IMG/VR virus record: IMGVR_UViG_3300032233_000937
Location: 1-27,130 of that record
DNA from: a virus
Lineage: Duplodnaviria; Caudoviricetes
Direction: 5' to 3' (one strand)
Length of the DNA: 27,130 nt
Below, piece by piece: positions 15,883 to 24,455 of the stretch; the first letter of the stretch is position 1, and every line of letters starts with the position of its first letter. The translations under genes were made by a program, and so were the position numbers. Under the pieces are notes generated by a model, which worked only from the letters and a program-made list of their open reading frames with translations, did no database searches and was not told where the DNA came from.

Positions 15883-18453
15883 ATGTCTAAAGTATTTATA
15901 CCGAGCGTAATATTAAGCAATAGTTTAGATAAAATAAAATCTATTGTAAATAGAAAATCTGAAATTATTGATTTTGATAATTTCATAGAAGAACCGGGAA
16001 TATTTTTTTTAACACCAAAAAACAATAAATATTTAACTCATTTTGAATTTTCATTAGGCTTCCCTGATTCTAATGCAACTAAGTTAACGATTAAATTTAT
16101 TGATAGTGATAATAATTTTCAAAAATTATTTTTTACAAATAAAGTTCTAGAGGATATGTTAGCCCACATAGTGGATAATTCTAGAAATTACTTTGGTAAT
16201 GATACTACAAAACAAGAAGAATTATTAGCACAAGAACAAAAAATATATTTTTGTTTTGGAATAGGCACTGAAACTAAAAACTGGTCAGGTATTTACACGG
16301 GCGTAATAATAAATGCTAACTTAAATATTCAAAATACTATTAGAGAATACATTTTTGATGTATTCCCCTCTAATTGTTATTTGTTTAGATCAAAGATAGG
16401 TCCAGACGCAAATAACGCTGGTAACCCATACAAGTATGCTTACTTAGGTGGAGCAAACATAAAAACAGTTGGAAGATATAAAATACAAGAGAAAGAACGT
16501 AATGTAATTCTTTATGAGCATGGTGAAGTAGCTCAAAAAATAATGTATAATGTTTTTAAAGATTACATACACAACGTATCCCTTAATAAAAATATATTAA
16601 TATTTTTACCTGATATATCTAAACAATTTGATGAATTGCATCAGAAAACTGTTAAAGAAGATGAAAGTTTTTTTGATAATTTAAATACAACTCACACTAA
16701 TGTATTTGCAAAATTATTAAATGAAAAGTTTGGAATAAAACTTGTTGATTTATCTAAGAGTTCTAAATATGAAGATCTTTTTAGAGAAGTTAAATTAGCA
16801 AATTTAAGAGAAATTGGTATTGGTTATACTGATGTAAAAGTAGATATTAAAAACAGTTGGTATGAGTATAACTCAAAATCTGAAGACCTCGGAGCATTAT
16901 TGACGGTAGAGTCTAAGGATACTGGAAGTTCTGAAAGTCCAATTAATAAAGTTGAACCAAATATACCAAATTGGAGAGCACCTTTTGATATACTAGAGCT
17001 TGGTATAAAAAATTTAATAAATGGTTTAGCTGGAACCATAATATGTTTTGAAGAAAATAATACTGAACTTTTAAAAATTTGGAAAGAAGCTGGATTAATA
17101 GAAAACGATAAAGAACCTTGTGTAATTTTTGGATTTGATCAGATGATTTTTGATTACTTATATGTAAATCAAACTACTGCATTAAATGAGGCAATATACT
17201 ATAAATCAAAATATTCATTCTGGAAAAAAGATCCACTAATTAATAAATTTGATAACAAGGGTTACAGAGAGAAAGTTTATGAATTGTTATATAACAATAG
17301 AAGCAATTCTTGTTTTGGTGAAGATGTTAATATTGATGAGCTAGCTAATAGTATTAGTGATCCAAGAAGTTCTATACTACTAGATGGTATAGCAATAGCC
17401 AAAAAATTTGATGTTCCTTTATTTACTTACAATTTCTTTAACTCTAATGTTTTAGAGTTAGAGATAGATATGAATCAAAATTATTGGACATCAGTGCTAG
17501 CTGCGGTAAGAGACAATAGATCCAGATATTTTGCTAATGCAGTTTATCAAAATTATGATACAATTGTAAGATCGCTAGGTGAGTCTATTGATAGGCATGT
17601 AATCAGAGCTAAAATAGAGGATATACAGAAGGAACTATCTAAGTTAGATCAAGAATCAAAAAAGGCACTTGGAGAAAAATTTCAAAAAGTAGAATTAGAT
17701 TTAATAAATACTAGCATAAATCCTGAGTTACAAAAATTAAAACCTTACGTTAGTATATTGAATCAGGATAGTATTACTAAGTTACATGCTATGGTAGCTT
17801 CTAAGCTAATGGATTCAGTAGGAGAAGGTAAGACGTTTTCTAAAGTAAACCCGGAAGCATTATTCAGTTTAGCATCTTTTATTATTGGAACTAATAAGCT
17901 AAAAGATCCAGGCGGTAACAGCGAAGTTCAAACTTCATTAATTCCATCTATAAATGGCCCAAGCTCGGAAAGTATTCAGGGTGATATTTTTAAATACATG
18001 ATGGATAATTTCTTAACTCTTAAATTAAGGACCCTACCTTACTTCCATTTAAGTGGGTGGAACGTTGTGTCAATGCCAGCATTTGTTTTTGGAAAAAGAA
18101 CAAATTTTATAGATCCCACAAATTCAAATCCAGCTAATTTTGAAAAAGCAAATCAAAATGAATTTTATAATGGTCTTTATACAATTCTAGGATTTAAACA
18201 TACTATTACTACTAAAGAAGCTTATTCTGAATTTAAATTAGCTAGAAATACTTTATCCTTGGACGATGCCTCTACTTTAAATAATAAGACTATTGAACCT
18301 ACTGAGGAACAAAAAACAGCATTGAACGAGGATTTAAATTATAATTTAAGAGAATCAAATAAACTAGCCAAAAGTTTAGGTTTGTCTACTTATTCTTTAA
18401 TGTATGATAATGTAAATACTAAAATTTTTGGGCCTAGGGTATATAAGGATTAA
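15883..18453 (+). CDS. Baseplate hub protein (T4 gp27 / Mu gp44 / P2 gpD position; 856 aa)
   Basis: Between LysM and spike genes; C-terminal NGLYTILGFKHTIT..AYSEFKLAR matches the terminal motif of hub proteins. Confidence 0.65.
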   Translation: MSKVFIPSVILSNSLDKIKSIVNRKSEIIDFDNFIEEPGIFFLTPKNNKYLTHFEFSLGFPDSNATKLTIKFIDSDNNFQKLFFTNKVLEDMLAHIVDNSRNYFGNDTTKQEELLAQEQKIYFCFGIGTETKNWSGIYTGVIINANLNIQNTIREYIFDVFPSNCYLFRSKIGPDANNAGNPYKYAYLGGANIKTVGRYKIQEKERNVILYEHGEVAQKIMYNVFKDYIHNVSLNKNILIFLPDISKQFDELHQKTVKEDESFFDNLNTTHTNVFAKLLNEKFGIKLVDLSKSSKYEDLFREVKLANLREIGIGYTDVKVDIKNSWYEYNSKSEDLGALLTVESKDTGSSESPINKVEPNIPNWRAPFDILELGIKNLINGLAGTIICFEENNTELLKIWKEAGLIENDKEPCVIFGFDQMIFDYLYVNQTTALNEAIYYKSKYSFWKKDPLINKFDNKGYREKVYELLYNNRSNSCFGEDVNIDELANSISDPRSSILLDGIAIAKKFDVPLFTYNFFNSNVLELEIDMNQNYWTSVLAAVRDNRSRYFANAVYQNYDTIVRSLGESIDRHVIRAKIEDIQKELSKLDQESKKALGEKFQKVELDLINTSINPELQKLKPYVSILNQDSITKLHAMVASKLMDSVGEGKTFSKVNPEALFSLASFIIGTNKLKDPGGNSEVQTSLIPSINGPSSESIQGDIFKYMMDNFLTLKLRTLPYFHLSGWNVVSMPAFVFGKRTNFIDPTNSNPANFEKANQNEFYNGLYTILGFKHTITTKEAYSEFKLARNTLSLDDASTLNNKTIEPTEEQKTALNEDLNYNLRESNKLAKSLGLSTYSLMYDNVNTKIFGPRVYKD

Positions 18454-18459
18454 TGTGTT

Positions 18460-19611
18460 ATGAAGATAAAAAGAGGTGTAGTTCATTGGACAACTAATGG
18501 AATTCTTGAAGTAAAAGAATCTCAATCTGGAAATTCTATTGAAGCAAGGCCAGACATAGTTAACCTAACTTCACCATATCATACTAGAAACGAGGGTGGT
18601 ATTGTTGCTGTTCCCCAAGAAGGCTCTGAAATTTTATATCTTCAGGATGATGTTTTAAATACGAATTATTATTTAAATACATTAATAGCTAATGAAAAAA
18701 CACTGGGGATAAAGAATGATACTTTAAAAGATCCTGTAGTTAATGATTCATTAATGTTTGATGAGTCTGGTAATTCTCATTCATTAACTTTTAAAGATTC
18801 TAAGGGAGCTGGATTAAAAGTATCTAATTATCACGATAAAAATCAGCTATCAGCAAAGGTTGAATTAAAATCTGCAGCAAATCACAAAGTAATTCTAAGT
18901 GATGTCCCTAAAATGGATTGCATCATTATTAGAAACAGAAGTGGCGATGGATTTACTTTAACTGACGAGGCTACCCAGCAACACTCTGCCAGAAGTTTAG
19001 ATTTGAAAACTAAAATATCCCAAAGGTGGACAACCAGAGAGGGTGAATATTTTGTTACCGTTGTTGATGGTAGAGATTTAACACTTTATAATCACTCTAC
19101 AGGAATTAATGCAGATGCAAATAATATAGAGCAATCTGGTAATGTAAATTTAAATAGTGTTAATAGGCATGTTAATTTGTGGGCCGATGGGGGCCCAGCG
19201 GCATCAGGATCAGTATTTGTAACTACCTATGGAGGAAATAGTTTAATACAATTAAATTCTAGTGGTGAGATTAGAATTTATGCTAAAAAGAATTTAGAAA
19301 TAAGAATTGAAGGTGATGTAAATGTAAAGGCAACTGGGGATATCAATTTTGATGGAGCTAATATTAATTTTAATACTGCTGGGGATATTAATATGAAGGC
19401 TGGTGGATCTATCAAAGCTGAAGGTGCTGGAGGAATTGATCTAGGTGATGGTAGTGCAGATTTGCATTTAAACAAGCCAGGGGGTGCAGGGGCTAATCCA
19501 CCTACCCTAGATATAGAAGATCCAAAGAAACATCCATATCAGGAAAATCCCATATTACCCCCTGATCTGCAACCTTCTCAGGATTCTGGACAGTTCCCAA
19601 CAGGACAATAA
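18460..19611 (+). CDS. Central spike protein (T4 gp5 / P2 gpV-like, no lysozyme domain; 383 aa)
   Basis: N-terminal OB-fold signature SPY...GGIVAVPQEGSEIL; C-terminal short beta-helix repeats (GDVNVKAT GDINFDG ANINFNTA GDINMKAG GSIKAEGA) ending in LHLN. Confidence 0.75.
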   Translation: MKIKRGVVHWTTNGILEVKESQSGNSIEARPDIVNLTSPYHTRNEGGIVAVPQEGSEILYLQDDVLNTNYYLNTLIANEKTLGIKNDTLKDPVVNDSLMFDESGNSHSLTFKDSKGAGLKVSNYHDKNQLSAKVELKSAANHKVILSDVPKMDCIIIRNRSGDGFTLTDEATQQHSARSLDLKTKISQRWTTREGEYFVTVVDGRDLTLYNHSTGINADANNIEQSGNVNLNSVNRHVNLWADGGPAASGSVFVTTYGGNSLIQLNSSGEIRIYAKKNLEIRIEGDVNVKATGDINFDGANINFNTAGDINMKAGGSIKAEGAGGIDLGDGSADLHLNKPGGAGANPPTLDIEDPKKHPYQENPILPPDLQPSQDSGQFPTGQ

Positions 19612-19613
19612 TT

Positions 19614-22358
19614 ATGGCTTTATTTGATTTAAAAACATTTGCAGCTACGTCGGCTAGAGGCCTTGGAGGATTTAACGGTCTTACTGGGGCTATAGAAACT
19701 TCATTTGGCTTCCCAAGCTGCTTACTAAATTTAACTCAAGATTTAACGGATTTAATATCTTCAACTATTCTTAAAAATATTGACAGAGATGCCAAGGGAA
19801 GTAAAGATAGGGCTGATGATGTCGTAAAGGGAGTTGCTAATAAACTCCGTTGGAGCAATGGGGTTATTGAATATGAACTTGATCAAGGTATTTTTAAATT
19901 TATTTCAGACATTTGTGATGACGGTTTAGATAAGAATGAGGGTGAGGAAGAAAGTGCTTTAGGAGGATTCCTAAATGCTTTAGGTGATGTAGCACAGCAG
20001 GGTGGCCAACTATACAATAATGTTAATGGATTAATTAATCAATTTAATGATATTAAAAACTGTGTAAAAAGTTACGCAGATAAATTAAAATATACTGGTG
20101 GTAGTGCCGCGAAAAGACGGGAGGAATTAGCTAGCCTAGATCCTGAAGCTTACCAACAATTAATAGATTCAGAGTATGCTGCAGATAGATTGAGAGTAAT
20201 TAGTGCTTTAGACTTTATTGACAAGATTGATAATTTAAGAAATATAATTGGTAAAACTTTGGCTGCAAGACAACAAGATCCAACCTTAGAGCCAGTGTTC
20301 AAGCCTGAGTATGCTACCATACTTTCAGGAACTGGATTGCCTGTAGGAACCCCAGAGTTCTATGAAACTAAGGCTCAAGAAGCTGAAGTATTTAGATTAG
20401 TTTATGGACCTCCTAAATCGAAGTCGGGTCAGTTTATATTCTCAAGAGATGGTCTATACTTTGATTCTCAAGTCAGTGGATTGAAGCCAGCTTTGATTGA
20501 GATTGCATTTAGAGAAAGCCAACTGCAGCCTCAGGACAGGTGGAGATTTGAGCATGATCCAAATCTAGGTGGTAGAGGTAAAGGGTTCTCTACTAAAGAT
20601 TTAGATCTTTATTTTAACACTATCCTAGATCCAAACTCTATTGACGAGTCCACAGTATTTAAAGAGTATTATGATGAGGATGGATTCCTTCAAGACATAA
20701 TTGGACAAAGAAATAAAAGAATTTACGATCTATCCGCTGATATAGTTCAAACCCAGAACTCAGGCGCTTCACAAGCTGTTGTTTATAATTTAAAACAATC
20801 TTTAATTTCTGAGAATGCAATGTTTCAGGAGAAGATTAACAAGAGAAAGAAGCAGATTGAATTAGCTGTGAAGATGCCTGCAATATACAAGGGCGAAGCA
20901 ATATACAGCCCTGGTGAAGTTCCAATTAATGACTTCTCCTACTTAGAGGGTATAAACTTATCTATAGACTTACAAAAGCAGAAGGCTTTAGTGTTTAGCC
21001 AAGCTGAAGTATCTGGATCAGTCATGCCAGTGACAGCGCCTATATTTGTAGTTGCGCCAGAGAACTCCAAGAATACTGTAGTTGATCACCTGTTTATTAC
21101 TGATATTGGTGAGGGTGCAATTGTCCATGACGGGAGTAGCATTGTCGTTACCAGTGCAGCTACAATAAACGTCACCGATGAAGTAGTTAATGACTCCTTG
21201 TATGCAATGTATAATTTCTTGGAGACCAACATAGAAACTCCAAGCTCTACAAATTTTACTCTCAGAAATTATGCATCACCTATTCAGGAAGGTTATGCTC
21301 AGTTAGTCGCTAAGAGTATTAGCTCTGTGTTTGGCCATGGATTGGGTATTGCTTACTTAAAGGGTATAACTGAACACCATAGTTCAAATACAAACTATGC
21401 TTCATCTGTAGGTTCATTTGTTAAACTCCCAGATAAGAATGATTTCAATGATTTACTGTATCATAAGAATGGGGCGACAATAGACTTCTGGGTTCACGTT
21501 CCTAAGTTAAACAATGTCAGTGCAGGATTCAATGCTAATAATGCATCAGGATTGTATAGACTAATATTAGCAAACGAGAACGTAGGTGCTCTAGGTAGTT
21601 TAAGCTCATCAAATAACCAGCAAGCTTACTCATTCAACTTTGGTGATAACGTAGTTAATGGATTTGTGATGGGATTTACAAGAGACAGGAGATTAGTTAG
21701 TTCACTGGAGCCAAGCAACGATAGTTCTCTTAACCCAAGTGGTGGCGTATCATTCTTCCTGGCACCAACTCAATCTTTAAGTTTGTCGGCTGCTGGCTTT
21801 GTTAGTAGAAACTTCCAAGACTATTTAAATTGTAATAGTGGAACTACTTTCCACTGCATGACCCAGAATGTTTGGACCAACTCTAATGGTGTAGCATTCT
21901 CCTCGTGCGGGGAAGACTTCTGCCATATTAGCGTTACTTTTAACCCATACAAGGATGAGATTAAGTTCTATTTAGATGGTGTAAACACAACCACATCATC
22001 CATGAATAAAGTCTTTGGAGTTGAACCTAATAACATGCCAAAGATACCTTCATTCAAAAAGAGTAACAGCTTTGAGTATAGGTCTGGAACAGTAGGTCAA
22101 TACGCTTCGGCTGATTTAAAGACTGGTCCTAAACTTAATAATTACTTCACTCCTTGGATTCTTGGGGGTGGATATACGGATGGCATGAGTCAGTATGGGA
22201 ACTTCATGGGTGGAACGTATGGAGGTAAAATAAGTGGACTCAAGGGATATCTAGGAAGCTTTAAACTTTATAAGAAGCCCTTAACTCAAGAGGAAGTGGT
22301 AATTAATTATAATGCCCAGAAAGAATTCTTTAAAAACATAGATACTTCTGGATTATAA
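19614..22358 (+). CDS. Large baseplate-associated protein with a C-terminal LamG/concanavalin A-like domain (914 aa)
   Basis: GATIDFWVH, FCHISVTF, IKFYLDG, WILGGG, GYLGSFKLYKKPLTQEEVVINYNA in the C-terminal part; helical/coiled-coil N-terminal half. Confidence 0.7.
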   Translation: MALFDLKTFAATSARGLGGFNGLTGAIETSFGFPSCLLNLTQDLTDLISSTILKNIDRDAKGSKDRADDVVKGVANKLRWSNGVIEYELDQGIFKFISDICDDGLDKNEGEEESALGGFLNALGDVAQQGGQLYNNVNGLINQFNDIKNCVKSYADKLKYTGGSAAKRREELASLDPEAYQQLIDSEYAADRLRVISALDFIDKIDNLRNIIGKTLAARQQDPTLEPVFKPEYATILSGTGLPVGTPEFYETKAQEAEVFRLVYGPPKSKSGQFIFSRDGLYFDSQVSGLKPALIEIAFRESQLQPQDRWRFEHDPNLGGRGKGFSTKDLDLYFNTILDPNSIDESTVFKEYYDEDGFLQDIIGQRNKRIYDLSADIVQTQNSGASQAVVYNLKQSLISENAMFQEKINKRKKQIELAVKMPAIYKGEAIYSPGEVPINDFSYLEGINLSIDLQKQKALVFSQAEVSGSVMPVTAPIFVVAPENSKNTVVDHLFITDIGEGAIVHDGSSIVVTSAATINVTDEVVNDSLYAMYNFLETNIETPSSTNFTLRNYASPIQEGYAQLVAKSISSVFGHGLGIAYLKGITEHHSSNTNYASSVGSFVKLPDKNDFNDLLYHKNGATIDFWVHVPKLNNVSAGFNANNASGLYRLILANENVGALGSLSSSNNQQAYSFNFGDNVVNGFVMGFTRDRRLVSSLEPSNDSSLNPSGGVSFFLAPTQSLSLSAAGFVSRNFQDYLNCNSGTTFHCMTQNVWTNSNGVAFSSCGEDFCHISVTFNPYKDEIKFYLDGVNTTTSSMNKVFGVEPNNMPKIPSFKKSNSFEYRSGTVGQYASADLKTGPKLNNYFTPWILGGGYTDGMSQYGNFMGGTYGGKISGLKGYLGSFKLYKKPLTQEEVVINYNAQKEFFKNIDTSGL

Positions 22359-22386
22359 TATATACTAATAGGTTTATTTAATTAAA

Positions 22387-22851
22387 ATGGTAAATTCCAC
22401 AAACTCAACTCTATACGGCGTTGCCCCATCCAAAGTTCCCCAGCAGGATATAAAGAAAACTAAGGACACGGCTAACGGCATGAGATTCCCCATCGGACTA
22501 AACACCGATGGCGGTTACATTAAAAAGAGCAGTGGTTTACAATTAATTAAAGATAATTTAAGGCAATTATTACTTACTAACCGTGGTGAACGAGTAATGT
22601 TGCCAAACTTTGGAACAAATATTAAAAAGTATCTAATGGAGCCATTAGATCAAGTTTTATTAAATCAGGTAAGAAGTGAGATCTTAGATTCAATAAATGC
22701 ATATGCCAGGAACATTCAAGTATTAAAAATACAAGTAATTCCAGGCGATGAGAGGTTTGCGGGTGGTGGAAACTACTTGATTATAAATTTGTTCTGTGCT
22801 CTTCGTGAACAAGAAGAAATAACTTTTGATGTTAAGGTAGACTTATTCTAA
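22387..22851 (+). CDS. gp25: Baseplate wedge subunit, gp25/gpW family (154 aa)
   Basis: IKDNLRQLLLTNRGERVMLPNFGTNIKKYLMEP signature. Confidence 0.92.
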   Translation: MVNSTNSTLYGVAPSKVPQQDIKKTKDTANGMRFPIGLNTDGGYIKKSSGLQLIKDNLRQLLLTNRGERVMLPNFGTNIKKYLMEPLDQVLLNQVRSEILDSINAYARNIQVLKIQVIPGDERFAGGGNYLIINLFCALREQEEITFDVKVDLF

Positions 22852-24455
22852 TGGCATACACTGGTCAATTATATTCAGACTTTTTAAAGTTAGCAAAGGT
22901 TGAGGATGCTGATAAAGAAAAGTTAATTAACTTTGCAGCAACCGATTTCTTAAATCTAAGACAAGCATTAATTGATTACATTAAGGCTGTATATCCTTTA
23001 GATTATAATTACTATGCAGAATCAGACTTGGGCATGATGATGATAGAGCTTGTCGCCTACATGGGGCATGTCTTATCTTATAAGACAGACTTTTTAGCTA
23101 ATGAAAGTTATTTGAAGACTGCCAAGCAACGGGATAGTGTAAGAAAATTAATAGAGTTGATTGGCGTAAGAATGAAGGGACCTTTGTCCGCTGCTGCCAA
23201 CGCTAAGTTAACTTTAACTAATGGTATTGTTTGGTCTGCCAATAGTAAACTAACTGTAGAACCTGCTAGCAGAGTTATAACCATAAACTCACCCCAGGAT
23301 GGATTCCCATTAACGTATACTTTATACAAAGTTGCCTCTGATGGTGATATTGATTTAGCTAACAATACTGGCAATTTAGTTTTTTACCCTTCTGAGAATG
23401 CCAGTGGAACATCATTCAATAATGCTGTTTTGCTAGAAGGTGCTCTCGTTATTGACGAAGGAACGTTCTCAAACTCAGAGTCTATAAAGTCTGTAAACCT
23501 AACCCAATCTCCCGTAGTTGAGGGGAGTGTCCAAGTATTCGTAGATGGAAATCCAAGCACCAGCGGGGCGTATAGATACGTTGACAGCTTCTTCTATGCG
23601 TCTGGCGCTGACGATAAGATCTTCCAGGTCATCTCAGATAATAATTATGGCGGTAGAATTATCTTTGGAGATTCCAACCTAGGCAAAGCTCCAAGTGTTG
23701 GCGATACTTATACAATTATTTATCGCGTTGGTGGTGGAACCCGCGGCAATATAGTTAATGAATTAATTAACGCGCAATCTCAAGCAATACATGATCGAGG
23801 AATTGGGTCTACATCATCCCTCACTTTAGCGGTTGAGAATGTTAGCCAAGGAACTGGTGGTGCTGAAGCTGAGTCTATCGCCCATGCAAAGAGATATGCC
23901 CCACTAAGATTTAGATCACAAAATAGATTAGTTACTCTTCAGGATTACAAAGCATTTGCTAACAGCTATATTACTTCTTATGGATCTGTTGGCAAGGCGA
24001 ATGCTATAGTTAGAAGAGCTTACTCATCTGCAAATATAATTGATATTTATGTTCTTGAAAAGGCTAGCGATTTTCAACTAAGAAAGTCTACTCCAGAATT
24101 CAAGAGACAATTAGCAGAAGAAGCAAGCAAACTTAAGATGATGACTGATGAGGTCATTATTGTAGATGGATTAATAAGAACTTTGGATCTTGTAATAACT
24201 GCAAGATTAGATAGAAAATATAAAACTCTGGAAGACACTATTAGAGTTAAGATCTCTAATAAAATTTTAGAATATTTCAATGTTGACAATAATGACTTCG
24301 GTAAAGAATTTGATCCACAAGATTTAATGAATTACATATTTGAAATTCCCGAAGTAAGATATGCAACAGTAGATAATATAAAAGATGTTGTGAAGTTTAA
24401 CTTTAATGAGATTTCACAATTAAATAACTTTACAATAAACATGGTATATGTCTAA
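22851..24455 (+). CDS. gp6: Baseplate wedge subunit, gp6/baseplate J family (534 aa)
   Basis: DFLNLRQALIDY, IELVAYMGHVLSY..D..ANESYLKTA, IIFGDSNLGKAP, YRVGGGTRGN, GGAEAESI, RSQNRLVTLQDY; TAATG overlap with gp25. Confidence 0.92.
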   Translation: MAYTGQLYSDFLKLAKVEDADKEKLINFAATDFLNLRQALIDYIKAVYPLDYNYYAESDLGMMMIELVAYMGHVLSYKTDFLANESYLKTAKQRDSVRKLIELIGVRMKGPLSAAANAKLTLTNGIVWSANSKLTVEPASRVITINSPQDGFPLTYTLYKVASDGDIDLANNTGNLVFYPSENASGTSFNNAVLLEGALVIDEGTFSNSESIKSVNLTQSPVVEGSVQVFVDGNPSTSGAYRYVDSFFYASGADDKIFQVISDNNYGGRIIFGDSNLGKAPSVGDTYTIIYRVGGGTRGNIVNELINAQSQAIHDRGIGSTSSLTLAVENVSQGTGGAEAESIAHAKRYAPLRFRSQNRLVTLQDYKAFANSYITSYGSVGKANAIVRRAYSSANIIDIYVLEKASDFQLRKSTPEFKRQLAEEASKLKMMTDEVIIVDGLIRTLDLVITARLDRKYKTLEDTIRVKISNKILEYFNVDNNDFGKEFDPQDLMNYIFEIPEVRYATVDNIKDVVKFNFNEISQLNNFTINMVYV

